A stretch of 25,023 nucleotides of DNA, from assembly GCA_049967855.1 (NCBI GenBank), contig JBMFRX010000018.1:1-25023 (forward strand), written 5' to 3'. The position numbers were made by a program, and so were the translations under genes. This document shows, piece by piece, positions 6,079 through 15,166 of this stretch. Each line of letters opens with the position of its first letter. Position 1 is the first letter of the stretch. The notes beneath the pieces are model-generated. The model was given only the letters and a program-made list of their open reading frames with translations, had not been told where the DNA came from and searched no databases. The stretch is from Caldisericaceae bacterium (lineage in GTDB: Bacteria; Caldisericota; Caldisericia; Caldisericales; Caldisericaceae).

Positions 6079-8727
6079 TTACTTCTTAGTTTTTTCCCTT
6101 ACCACAGCCTGTGCAGCTGCAAGCCTTGCAATTGGAACTCTGAATGGGGAACAGCTTACATAATCAAGCCCTGCGTAGTGGAAGAATTCAATTGATTCAG
6201 GGTCGCCCCCGTGTTCGCCGCAGATTCCTATCTCAAGTTTAGGGTTAGCACGCCTTCCAAGTAGAACACCGATTCTCACAAGTTTGCCAACGCCGTCTTT
6301 ATCAATTGTCATAAAAGGCTCCTGAGTGAGAATTTTTTCCTTGAGGTAGAATGGAAGGAACGTCGCCTCTGCGTCATCTCTACTGTAGGCAAAAGTTGTC
6401 TGTGTAAGGTCATTTGTCCCAAAAGAGAAGAAGTCAGCGTATTCGCCAATCTGGTCTGCTGTAAGTGCTGCACGAGGAACTTCTATCATAGTACCAATCA
6501 GATAAGCCACTTTAACGGAAGAAGCTTCAAGTTTATCTTTAACTACTTTCTCAACTCTATCACGAAGGAATTTCATTTCGTTTACGTGTCCAATCAGAGG
6601 AAGCATTATCTCTGGGCGAGGGTCATAACCCTCCTTTTTCAACTGGATAGCTGCATCAATTATTGCGCCAACCTGCATCTCATAGATTTCAGGATAAACA
6701 ATTCCGACTCTGCAGCCTCTGAAACCAATCATTGGGTTAAATTCAGAAAGCTCTTTTGAACGCTTCAATTGCTTCTCTTTCTTATCAATCACCGACTGAT
6801 CAGCCCCTGTTGACTTAAGCTCCTCAAGTTCTTTTTCAAGACGCTCTTTCTGCGGCAAGAATTCGTGAAGAGGCGGGTCAAGCAACCTTATGATGACAGG
6901 ATATCCGTCCATAGCTTTTAGCATTTCATAAAAATCGCTTTTCTGTTCAACCTCAAGTTGCTGCAAGAACTTCTCTCTTTCTTCTCTTGTTTCCGCAGTA
7001 ATCATATCCTGCATTATAGGAAGACGGCTTGGGTCAAGGAACATTCTCTCCGTTCTGCAAAGCCCGATTCCTTCAGCTCCGTACTCACGCGCCCTTGTGG
7101 CCTCTTGAGGAGTATTTGCATTTGCTTTAACACCAAGCTCTCGTATTCTGTCTGCAAGCTTTAGAAGAACTTTAAGTTCATCAGTAAGCCCTGGTTCAAC
7201 CATTGGAAGCTCACCCAACATCACGGTTCCAAGCGAGCCATCAATAGTAACTACTTCATTTTCTCTTACCGTTGTGCCATTTACGGTGAAAGATTTGGAT
7301 TCAAGGTTTAATTTTATTTCCTCTGCGCCGACTATGCACGGCTTTCCCATTCCTCTTGCAACGACTGCAGCATGAGCAGTCATACCTCCCCTTGAGGTAA
7401 GGATTCCCTGAGAATATGCCATCCCTTCAAGGTCTTCGGGGGTTGTTTCTGGTCGAACAAGTATAACTGCCTCGCCACTCTTTCCCCTCATTGCTGCTTC
7501 CTTGACGTCAAAGACCACCTTTCCGCTTGCAGCACCTGGAGATGCTGGCAAACCTTTTGCTATTGGTGTCACTTTAACACTCGGGTCTATCATTTTGTGC
7601 AGAAGCTGGTCGACCTGTTCTGGAGTGATTCTCATAACGGCTTCCTGCTCGCTAATGAGCCCTTCTTGGACCATATCAACTGCAACCTTCACGGCAGCCT
7701 GGGCAGTGCGCTTCCCTGAACGAGTCTGAAGCATATAGAGCTTTCCTTTCTCAATGGTAAACTCCATATCCTGCATATCTCTGTAATGCTTCTCAAGAAG
7801 GTGTGCAACATTTTGTAATTCTTCGAATGTTCGAGGCATCTCTTCTGCAAGCTCTGATATCGCTTTAGGAGTGCGTATTCCAGCAACAACGTCTTCGCCC
7901 TGCGCATTGGTAAGGTACTCTCCGTAAAGCTTGTTCTCGCCTGTTGAAGGGTTACGCGTGAAAGCAACGCCTGTCCCTGAATCGTTGCCCATATTACCGA
8001 AAACCATCATCACGACATTAACAGCTGTACCAAGGTCGTCGCTAATCTTGTTCAACATCCTGTAAGTAATTGCCCTTGGATTGTTCCAGGATTTAAAAAC
8101 AGCTTCTATCGATGCAAAGAGCTGTTCCATTGGGTCTTGAGGGAAGTCTTTCCCGATATGCTTCACATAGAGAGCTTTGTATCGCTCAATTACAGTAAGG
8201 AGCATTTCGGAAGTAAGCTCGGTGTCCTCGGAAACAGAATTCTCTCTCTTCACCTCATCGAGAACGTCCTCAAACTCGCTGTGTGCAATTCCCATAACAA
8301 CATCTGAAAACATCTGTATGAAACGCCTATAACTATCATAAGCAAAACGTTCGTTGTTTGTTAGTGCAGCAAGCCCTTTAACAGTCTCGTCATTCAGTCC
8401 AAGGTTAAGAATGGTATCCATCATACCTGGCATTGAAATCGGGGCTCCAGACCTTACGGATACAAGAAGAGGATTCAGCACGTCGCCAAGCTTCTTTCCT
8501 GTTTTTTCCTCGAGTTTCCTCAAATGCTCGAGAGTTTCCTCACGGACTTCGTCGTTAATCTTAAGAGAGACCTGGTAATCCTTGCAGGCTTCAGTCGTAA
8601 TGGTGAATCCAGCTGGAACGGGAAGGCCTATGCGAGTCATCTCTGAGAGACCTGCACCTTTTCCTCCCAGCAAGTTTCGCATTGATTCATTGCCTTCTTC
8701 AAAGTCATAAACCCATTTTTTGTTCAT
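6079..8727 (-). CDS. ppdK: Pyruvate, phosphate dikinase
   Basis: Motifs LLGGKGA, SVRSGA..SMPGMMDTILNLG, phospho-His motif GGMTAHAAVVARG, FFSFGTNDLTQ, GICGEHGGDP. SD GGAGG. Confidence 0.98.
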   Translation of the reverse strand: MNKKWVYDFEEGNESMRNLLGGKGAGLSEMTRIGLPVPAGFTITTEACKDYQVSLKINDEVREETLEHLRKLEEKTGKKLGDVLNPLLVSVRSGAPISMPGMMDTILNLGLNDETVKGLAALTNNERFAYDSYRRFIQMFSDVVMGIAHSEFEDVLDEVKRENSVSEDTELTSEMLLTVIERYKALYVKHIGKDFPQDPMEQLFASIEAVFKSWNNPRAITYRMLNKISDDLGTAVNVVMMVFGNMGNDSGTGVAFTRNPSTGENKLYGEYLTNAQGEDVVAGIRTPKAISELAEEMPRTFEELQNVAHLLEKHYRDMQDMEFTIEKGKLYMLQTRSGKRTAQAAVKVAVDMVQEGLISEQEAVMRITPEQVDQLLHKMIDPSVKVTPIAKGLPASPGAASGKVVFDVKEAAMRGKSGEAVILVRPETTPEDLEGMAYSQGILTSRGGMTAHAAVVARGMGKPCIVGAEEIKLNLESKSFTVNGTTVRENEVVTIDGSLGTVMLGELPMVEPGLTDELKVLLKLADRIRELGVKANANTPQEATRAREYGAEGIGLCRTERMFLDPSRLPIMQDMITAETREEREKFLQQLEVEQKSDFYEMLKAMDGYPVIIRLLDPPLHEFLPQKERLEKELEELKSTGADQSVIDKKEKQLKRSKELSEFNPMIGFRGCRVGIVYPEIYEMQVGAIIDAAIQLKKEGYDPRPEIMLPLIGHVNEMKFLRDRVEKVVKDKLEASSVKVAYLIGTMIEVPRAALTADQIGEYADFFSFGTNDLTQTTFAYSRDDAEATFLPFYLKEKILTQEPFMTIDKDGVGKLVRIGVLLGRRANPKLEIGICGEHGGDPESIEFFHYAGLDYVSCSPFRVPIARLAAAQAVVREKTKK

Positions 8728-8771
8728 CTAAACCTCCAATTTTAAAATCTATATATTATACTCTATTATAA

Positions 8772-10856
8772 TTATTTATTATCAAAAACAATCTCGGAGA
8801 AATTCGCAAATTGTTCCATCAGCTTTTTGAGCCTTCTGAGCAGAGCAAGCCTGTTTTCTTTCACGCTTTCATCTTTGTCCATTATAAGGACGTTATCAAA
8901 AAACTTGTTTACGATTGGCGTAATAAGGTAGAGCATCTGAATCACTGCCTCGTTGTCTCCTCGTTCTGCAAGCTCATCTGCAAGCTTCTCTGACTCTTTG
9001 ACTGCCTCGTAAAGATCCCGTTCATTCCAGTCAATCAATAGGTCTTCTCTTATCTCCTCATTTCCTTTTGATGAACTTCCCAGAATATTGGCAACCCTTC
9101 TGTGCATCTGACAAATAGAAAGCAGCTTGTCGGTGTCAATCTGCCTCATAAGCAGTTGAGCCCTGTCAAAGTATGACGGCAGGTAGTCAATCGCAACAGC
9201 AACCACTGCATTGGCAACGTCATAGCGGATACCACTGTCCTTCAAGAAAAACAACGCTCTGTCTTTCAGTATTGAGATTACTTCGTCTGAACCGTCTTTG
9301 AACGACGGATTGAATTCTCTGAACAGACGAGCAGACTCGCCAACCAACTCTGCTATCGGGAAAGAGCTCCTGTCAAGGTCGCTCAATATCTGGACTATGC
9401 CAGAGGCAATCCTTCTCAGTCCAAACGGGTCCTTTGAACTTGAAAATGCCACACCCGACATTATGCTTCCTGTGAGCGTATCAACTCTGTCAATTAGCGA
9501 AAGCATTTTACCGAGGAAGGAAGATGGGAGCCTGTCCCCCTGGTAAGTAGGAAAGTACTGCTCCGAAATTGCAGATGCAACGTCATCTGCCTCGCCCTGA
9601 GACCTTGCATAGATGCCACCGATAGTGCCCTGCAGCTCTGGGAACTCTTTCTGAACGTTTGTAAGCAAATCTGCTTTTGAAAGATAGGCAGCTCTTGCAA
9701 GATTTAGAGCCTCACTTCCGCGGAGTCCAATCATTTGGGATAACGATTCTGCAAGATTCACAAGCCGCTCTGTTTTATCAAGCATAGTACCAAGATCTTT
9801 TGTAAAAACTATCCCTGAAAGATTAGGTGCAAGTTCAGCGAGTTTAAACTTCTTGTCTTCTTCATAGAAAAAAAGCCCATCAAGGAGTCTTGCTTTTGCG
9901 ACTCTCTCGTAACCACTCCTAACAATGTCAACAAAATCAGATGGGCCATTTTTCACAGCAACAAAGTACGGCAGAAGCTTTCCACTCTTGTTAGTTACAG
10001 GGAACGACTTCATATGATTCTTGACAACGCTCTCTGTGATGCAATCGGGGATGTTCACACTGCCTATATCAAGATTGCACAGAAATGGCACAGGATATTC
10101 GTTCAAGTTGACAACTTCCTCGAAGAAGGCTTCGTTGTATTTTGGCACACCTCCAACAGCTGAGGCAATTTCTTTGCTTCTCTTCTCCACGATTTTTGCT
10201 CTGTCAGAAAAAGCAAGCACTATGTAGTTCTCTTTGAGCTTCTTCATATAGTCTTCGGTGTTTGAAAGTTCAATTGCAGATGGCGTGTCAAAGAAGAATC
10301 CAAAAGTCTCTCGATTTGATTTGAGATTGCCGATTGATACTTCTACAAGCTCGTCTCCAAAAAGCGCAAGGATGTTCTTGATTGGCCGTATAAACTCAAA
10401 GTTTGAAGAGTCCCATCGCATTGAATGAGCAAACTGCATTAAAGACACAGCTCTTTCTGAAACCTCTTTGAGGATTTCCTTTGCTTTTTTCCCTTTTACT
10501 GTTTTTCTCAGGAAAACATACTTTACTCCCTTAACTTCCTTTATGTAGGTGTCGCTAACGCTTGCTCCGTTTGACTCAATGAACTTCGTAAGAGGCACAA
10601 GCATTTCACCGCTCTCAGAATAAGCAAACGAGTAGGCAGGACCCTTAACTTCAACTTCTGTGTCTTCTTCTTTTTCGCTCAGTTCTTTCACGATGACCAC
10701 AAGTCTTCTCGAAGTGCTAAAGGATTGAATCTCTCTGAACGATAGTTTGTACCTCGAAAGCGCCATCTCAAAATTCTCTTTGAGCCTGTTAGCTCCGTAA
10801 TTTACAAGTGAAGCGGGAATCTCGTCAGTATAAACTTCAAACAGATAGTCTCTCAT
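8772..10856 (-). CDS. glyS: Glycine--tRNA ligase beta subunit
   Basis: Start set at MRDYLFEVYTDEIP (ATG 10856). Motifs MRW...F.RPI, EFPELQG..G..YA, SKDPFGLRR, FFDNVLIM...NRLALL. Overlaps glyQ. Confidence 0.96.
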   Translation of the reverse strand: MRDYLFEVYTDEIPASLVNYGANRLKENFEMALSRYKLSFREIQSFSTSRRLVVIVKELSEKEEDTEVEVKGPAYSFAYSESGEMLVPLTKFIESNGASVSDTYIKEVKGVKYVFLRKTVKGKKAKEILKEVSERAVSLMQFAHSMRWDSSNFEFIRPIKNILALFGDELVEVSIGNLKSNRETFGFFFDTPSAIELSNTEDYMKKLKENYIVLAFSDRAKIVEKRSKEIASAVGGVPKYNEAFFEEVVNLNEYPVPFLCNLDIGSVNIPDCITESVVKNHMKSFPVTNKSGKLLPYFVAVKNGPSDFVDIVRSGYERVAKARLLDGLFFYEEDKKFKLAELAPNLSGIVFTKDLGTMLDKTERLVNLAESLSQMIGLRGSEALNLARAAYLSKADLLTNVQKEFPELQGTIGGIYARSQGEADDVASAISEQYFPTYQGDRLPSSFLGKMLSLIDRVDTLTGSIMSGVAFSSSKDPFGLRRIASGIVQILSDLDRSSFPIAELVGESARLFREFNPSFKDGSDEVISILKDRALFFLKDSGIRYDVANAVVAVAIDYLPSYFDRAQLLMRQIDTDKLLSICQMHRRVANILGSSSKGNEEIREDLLIDWNERDLYEAVKESEKLADELAERGDNEAVIQMLYLITPIVNKFFDNVLIMDKDESVKENRLALLRRLKKLMEQFANFSEIVFDNK

Positions 10857-11700
10857 TTTTATCCTCTCTTTCAAGAACAACATTTGCTGCAAGGGTTGCA
10901 AGGTGCCTCATCTTTGCTATCATTTTAACTCTCAGGGCAACGCTTATTGCGCCTCTTGCATCAAGAAGGTTAAAAGTATGGGAACACTTCAGAAGATATT
11001 GGTAGCCAGGGATTAAGAGACCTTTCTCAAGAAGACGCAAACTCTCTTTTTCGTAAGTTTCGAAAAGTTCAAACAACATTGCCTGGTCACTTTCATCGAA
11101 TGCATAAACACATTCTTCGCGTTCTATTTCCTTGCGGATATCCCCATAGGTAACATCCTTGTTCCACATTATGTCAAAGACACTGTCCTTTTTCTGGAGA
11201 AACATCGCAAGCCTCTCAAGGCCGTAAGTGATTTCAACAGAAACAGGGTCGAGTTTGATTCCTGCGGCAAGCTGAAAGTAGGTAAACTGCGTTATCTCGA
11301 GCCCATCAAGCCGCACTTCCCATCCAACTCCCTGTGCCCCAAGTACTGCTGTTTCCCAGTTATCCTCAATGAACTTCACCTCGTGCTTTGCCAGATTGAG
11401 CCCAAGGGCTTTCAAACTGGCAAGGTAAACCTCTTTTATATCGGCAGTCGGCGGTTTTATAATCACTTGAAGCTGGTGATGCATATAGAGCCTATTCGGA
11501 TTTTCGCCATACCGCCCGTCAGCAGGCCTTCTTGAAGGTTGCAAATAGGCAACAGCCCACGGCTTTTTGCCAAGCACTTTTAAAAATGTATACGGGCTCA
11601 ATGTGCCTGCCCCAACCTGCTCATCAAATGGAGGCAATATGAGGCAACCTTGCTTTGCCCAATAGTTTTCCAACTTAGAAATCATTTCCTGAAAATACAT
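10837..11700 (-). CDS. glyQ: Glycine--tRNA ligase alpha subunit
   Basis: Motifs GAGT, QPSRRPADGRYGENPNRL, GWEV.LDGLEITQFTYFQ, EITYGLERL, SHTFNLLDARG. Confidence 0.98.
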   Translation of the reverse strand: MYFQEMISKLENYWAKQGCLILPPFDEQVGAGTLSPYTFLKVLGKKPWAVAYLQPSRRPADGRYGENPNRLYMHHQLQVIIKPPTADIKEVYLASLKALGLNLAKHEVKFIEDNWETAVLGAQGVGWEVRLDGLEITQFTYFQLAAGIKLDPVSVEITYGLERLAMFLQKKDSVFDIMWNKDVTYGDIRKEIEREECVYAFDESDQAMLFELFETYEKESLRLLEKGLLIPGYQYLLKCSHTFNLLDARGAISVALRVKMIAKMRHLATLAANVVLEREDKNERLSV

Positions 11701-11703
11701 CTT

Positions 11704-12405
11704 TCACCCCACGTTTATTTTCTTCAGATTATCAACAAAGTCAACAAAATGTTTTGATTCTGAATGATAGATTATGTAAGAATTGAGAAGGTCTAAAATG
11801 CTTTCTGCCATCGATTTGTCGCAAAATGAATAGGAACTTGCCGAATCAATGCGCTTCATCTCATTGTAAATGCTCTCGCTTACGGCGATTCCTTTGCTTG
11901 TGTTAAAGCCGCCCTCTTCGGAAGAAAAGTATACAGCTTCCTCATTGCCAATATCGAATCTCACGCCGAGCCCCACAATTCTGAGAAACTGAAAAACAAA
12001 CTTGAGCAGAGTAAATGAAGGGTCAGAGCCTTCGTTCAAAGCAAACATTGATTCTTCTACCAGCTCAAGAAGAAGGTTTTCTTTCTGTCCGTTCTCAAGA
12101 AAAATTGTCGGAAGCTCCTTAATATAAAGCAAAGCATAGTAATTATCAAGGTTTGATTTTGCATTTGTGAAGGCATTGATCACTTCAACATCGGTTGCAG
12201 TGAAACTGTTGAAATGCTTGTAAATCATCATATCAAGCAATGTCAAATCGTCAGTATAGCCTGAACGCTTCGATAGGGAACTTTTAACAGACTTGAACTT
12301 CACGTTAATCTTGCCAAGAGCTTCCGTGAGGACAACAGAAATTCTGTCTTTCTCTTTTGAATCGTAGGATTGCAAAATGATGCCTTTTGACTTGACATAG
12401 CTCAT
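11704..12405 (-). CDS. recO: DNA repair protein RecO
   Basis: N-terminal OB-fold pattern (KGIILQSYDSKEKDRISVVLTEALGKI) and conserved position immediately upstream of glyQS. Confidence 0.85.
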   Translation of the reverse strand: MSYVKSKGIILQSYDSKEKDRISVVLTEALGKINVKFKSVKSSLSKRSGYTDDLTLLDMMIYKHFNSFTATDVEVINAFTNAKSNLDNYYALLYIKELPTIFLENGQKENLLLELVEESMFALNEGSDPSFTLLKFVFQFLRIVGLGVRFDIGNEEAVYFSSEEGGFNTSKGIAVSESIYNEMKRIDSASSYSFCDKSMAESILDLLNSYIIYHSESKHFVDFVDNLKKINVG

Positions 12406-12439
12406 TTACTTGCCTGTAATCCACAACTTCATCAGCATT

Positions 12440-13114
12440 TTACTTGACTATCTCAACACTCTTGCTTGCCCCAATGCGCGAAGCACCCGCTTTAACCATT
12501 TTCACGGCAGTGTCGAAATCTCTTATGCCTCCTGAGGCTTTCACTCCGACTTCGTTCCCAACGACAGACCTCATTAAAGCAACATCCTCAACCGTTGCGC
12601 CAGCCTTGCTGAATCCAGTGGAAGTTTTGACGTATCGAGCCCCTGCAGATACGGCTATCGTGCAGGCAATGACTTTCTCCTGCTCAGTCAAAAGGCAAGT
12701 CTCGATAATCACCTTGACAATCTTAGGATGAACAGCCTTCACAACTTCGTTAATGTCACGTTCAACCTCGCCGAACTTCTTCTCTTTGAGATAACCGATG
12801 TTAATGACCATATCTACCTCATCGGCGCCATCTTCTACGGCTTTCTCTGCCTCGAACTTTTTAACGCCAAACGGTGTTGCGCCCAACGGGAAACCGACAA
12901 CCGAAGCAATTTTCACCGGAGAGCCTTTCAGAGAATTCTTAGCAAGACCCACATAAACAGGGTTAACGCAAACCGAGTAGAAATTATACTTCATTGCCTC
13001 CTCGCAGAGAGCAACAATATTTGCAGGAGTTGCCTCAGGACTCAAAAGCGTATGGTCTATGAGGCCTGCAACAAAATCCTTTGTAATCTCAATATCGTTT
13101 GGAACGTAAAACAT
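12440..13114 (-). CDS. deoC: Deoxyribose-phosphate aldolase
   Basis: Motifs IDHTLL, VVGFPLGA, GADEVDMVIN, KVIIET, KTSTGF, VKASGGIR, RIGAS. SD GAGGTG. Confidence 0.97.
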   Translation of the reverse strand: MFYVPNDIEITKDFVAGLIDHTLLSPEATPANIVALCEEAMKYNFYSVCVNPVYVGLAKNSLKGSPVKIASVVGFPLGATPFGVKKFEAEKAVEDGADEVDMVINIGYLKEKKFGEVERDINEVVKAVHPKIVKVIIETCLLTEQEKVIACTIAVSAGARYVKTSTGFSKAGATVEDVALMRSVVGNEVGVKASGGIRDFDTAVKMVKAGASRIGASKSVEIVK

Positions 13115-13132
13115 AATTTATCACCTCAATCA

Positions 13133-13160
13133 ATTTTATCGATTTTATTTTTTTCGTCAA
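13133..13160 (-). promoter_or_regulatory. Sigma-70-type promoter TTGACG-N16-TAAAAT of the deoC-recO-glyQS operon
   Basis: -35 at 13160-13155 and -10 at 13138-13133, upstream of SD GAGGTG. Confidence 0.65.
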
Positions 13161-13313
13161 TAGACAATTGGCTTAATAGAAAGAGATTCATTATCGTTTA
13201 CAAAAATTGCTTCACGCAAGATAATTTGAAGGATAGCACTGGACAGAAGCCACTTTTCAGAAATTCGATTTCCCAGAGAAAGAACTATAGCTTTGCGACG
13301 TTCCTGTTTGCAG

Positions 13314-13342
13314 TTGCGTATTGTCACGATTTTGCTTATAAT
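13314..13342 (+). promoter_or_regulatory. Sigma-70-type promoter TTGCGT-N17-TATAAT of tRNA-Arg
   Basis: -10 TATAAT 13337-13342 ends 7 nt before the tRNA 5' end. Confidence 0.55.
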
Positions 13343-13349
13343 TAAATAT

Positions 13350-13426
13350 GCGCCCATGGCTCAATTGGATAGAGCAACGGTCTACGGAACCGTCGGTTGC
13401 AGGTTCGAGTCCTGCTGGGCGCGCCA
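13350..13426 (+). tRNA. tRNA-Arg (anticodon ACG)
   Basis: Acceptor GCGCCCA/TGGGCGC, anticodon arm ACGGT-CTACGGA-ACCGT, GGTTCGAGTCC T-arm, encoded CCA. 77 nt. Confidence 0.97.
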
Positions 13427-13512
13427 GAAAATGCAGCTCAGCGCAAATTTGGGAAATTCATTTAAAGACATACGCGGAAGCAACGGACTGTCGCTCTCAA
13501 TAGGAGGAAAAC

Positions 13513-14298
13513 TTGCAAAACTCAGAAGAATGGTTCATTGGAACAAGCGGATTCCAGTTTGAAGATTGGATTGGCACTGTCTATCCTCAAACGATTAAGA
13601 AAAGCGACGTGTTCGATTTCTACTGCAATCACTATCATTTCAACTCTGTCGAACTCAATTCCACATTTTACGTTATCCCTGGATTCAGTTCAATGGAGAA
13701 GCTCCTGAGCAAAGCTCCCGAAGGATTCAAGTTCGCTGTCAAACTTCACCGTTCTGTTACCCACGAGAGGCGACTGGACGAGCTTAACAAATTCCTTGCC
13801 GTTGCAGGCCTCTTTTCTGAACAAAACAAACTCCTCTGTTTTCTTGCACAGTTTCCCTATTCATTTAAGAAAACAAACGAGAATATCGAATTTCTCAGCA
13901 AATTGAAGGAACGATTCTCAAACCCTGAGATTCTTTTCCTTGAGATGAGGCACGACTCCTGGAATTCATTTGCAGAGCAGCAGAGCGACTTCAATTTTAC
14001 ACTCGTAGACTTGCCTCCTCTTCCACACCTGCCACAGTTTGCAGACTGGGTGCAGATACTTAGAGCAAGGAAGCAGAAGACCCTCTACGCAAGATTTCAC
14101 GGAAGGAACAGGAACTGGTACGGGGCAGACGAGAAGACAAGATACAACTATCTCTACTCAAAAGACGAGCTTCAAGGCTTTGCAAGAGACATAAAGAGCC
14201 TGCAATCAATGAACAACAGGTTGTTTTTCAACAACTGCTATATGGGCAATGCTATGAGAAATGCCCTTGACTTTAGACTCTTGTTCACTGACCAGTAA
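13513..14298 (+). CDS. DUF72 (YecE/YunF family) protein
   Basis: Motifs IGTSGF...W.G..YP, FNSVELNSTFY, FKFAVKL, QFPYSF, Y.RFHGRN, YNYLYS..EL, FFNN. TTG start with SD AGGAGG. Confidence 0.93.
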   Translation: MQNSEEWFIGTSGFQFEDWIGTVYPQTIKKSDVFDFYCNHYHFNSVELNSTFYVIPGFSSMEKLLSKAPEGFKFAVKLHRSVTHERRLDELNKFLAVAGLFSEQNKLLCFLAQFPYSFKKTNENIEFLSKLKERFSNPEILFLEMRHDSWNSFAEQQSDFNFTLVDLPPLPHLPQFADWVQILRARKQKTLYARFHGRNRNWYGADEKTRYNYLYSKDELQGFARDIKSLQSMNNRLFFNNCYMGNAMRNALDFRLLFTDQ

Positions 14299-14445
14299 AA
14301 CTGCGATGAGCAACTTGGCAATTGATGTCATCAAAGCAAAGAAATCCTACTTTGACAACAGCATTAGGGTGACTATTTAACCTTGTCAGCTAAGTCTTCT
14401 TGAGTTGTTCCTTTTCCCGACAAGGCAAAGGGTTTGTACTTTTCG

Positions 14446-14473
14446 TTGTGAAAGATTGAAAAAGCCGTATAAT
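14446..14473 (+). promoter_or_regulatory. Sigma-70-type promoter TTGTGA-N16-TATAAT
   Basis: -35 at 14446-14451, -10 at 14468-14473. Confidence 0.5.
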
Positions 14474-14542
14474 TTACACAGAGCAACAACAGCTTTCAGA
14501 GTAAATGAAATGTTTGTGTTGGCTCAAAAAGAGGAGGGTAAA

Positions 14543-15148
14543 ATGAAAAACAAAGTTGAAACAGTGAGGAGTGTGTACCTGTATCTCGTAAGCCTTGCGG
14601 GTGTTTTAATGATTGTTTTTGGGTTGATATCTTTTGCAAATGAACTGTTGAATCAACTGATCCCACAGACAATCTCTGCAGGTGGCTATAATTACAGCTA
14701 CTACTACACGATTCAGAATTTGGCAAGGTCTATTGCGTTTGTATTCATCGGGATTGCTCTTTTTGCTTATCACTGGCGGCTCATTGTTAGAGAGCACAGG
14801 ATTGGCAAAAGAGACGTGGAGCTTGAAAGCGAAACATCGATGAATTTGTTTGAAGCACTGTTTTTCTACATTGTTTCCTTCATTGGAATCATGGTTCTAT
14901 CATTTGCATTCGCAAGTTTTGTTTCCAATTTCTTCTACGTGAAGAGCAATTATACTATCCCAGCAAACCCTAACGAAAACCCTGTAGAGCTTCCTCCAAA
15001 TTTCGGACCAGACCTGCGTTCGATTGTGCAGGCTGGAGTCTCGGCAATCATTGGGCTTGCGGTATGGGCTCTAGCCTTTACTCATGTTCAGAGGTCATAC
15101 AAGACTAGTCTTCCTGCTCAATCAATTAATGATGAGACAAAAATGTAA
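14543..15148 (+). CDS. Membrane protein, DUF5671-like, with an internal duplication
   Basis: Start moved to ATG 14543 (SD GAGGAGG). About four TM helices. Repeat units VYLYLVSLAG.../FFYIVSFIG..., each ending with an aromatic-x-x-H motif. Confidence 0.75.
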   Translation: MKNKVETVRSVYLYLVSLAGVLMIVFGLISFANELLNQLIPQTISAGGYNYSYYYTIQNLARSIAFVFIGIALFAYHWRLIVREHRIGKRDVELESETSMNLFEALFFYIVSFIGIMVLSFAFASFVSNFFYVKSNYTIPANPNENPVELPPNFGPDLRSIVQAGVSAIIGLAVWALAFTHVQRSYKTSLPAQSINDETKM

Positions 15149-15166
15149 ACCTCTTTGAGGTGAAGA

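Noticed and set aside
13115..13349. Possible T-box leader for glyQS
   Set aside because: No T-box AAGGTGGNACC motif or antiterminator was seen. The operon promoter sits close to deoC, and glyQ directly follows recO.
12444..13562. ORFs 12444-12731 (+), 12728-13345 (+), 13157-13357 (-) and 13293-13562 (+)
   Set aside because: They are antisense shadows of deoC or overlap tRNA-Arg and its promoter, with no SD or recognisable motifs.
14306..14425. 24-codon ORF (MSNLAIDVIKAKKSYFDNSIRVTI) and CCTTGTC...GACAAGG inverted repeat
   Set aside because: There is no SD, and 7-bp arms with a long spacer are compatible with chance.
13350..15148. Possible island integrated at tRNA-Arg
   Set aside because: No integrase and no repeated tRNA 3' end were seen in the window.
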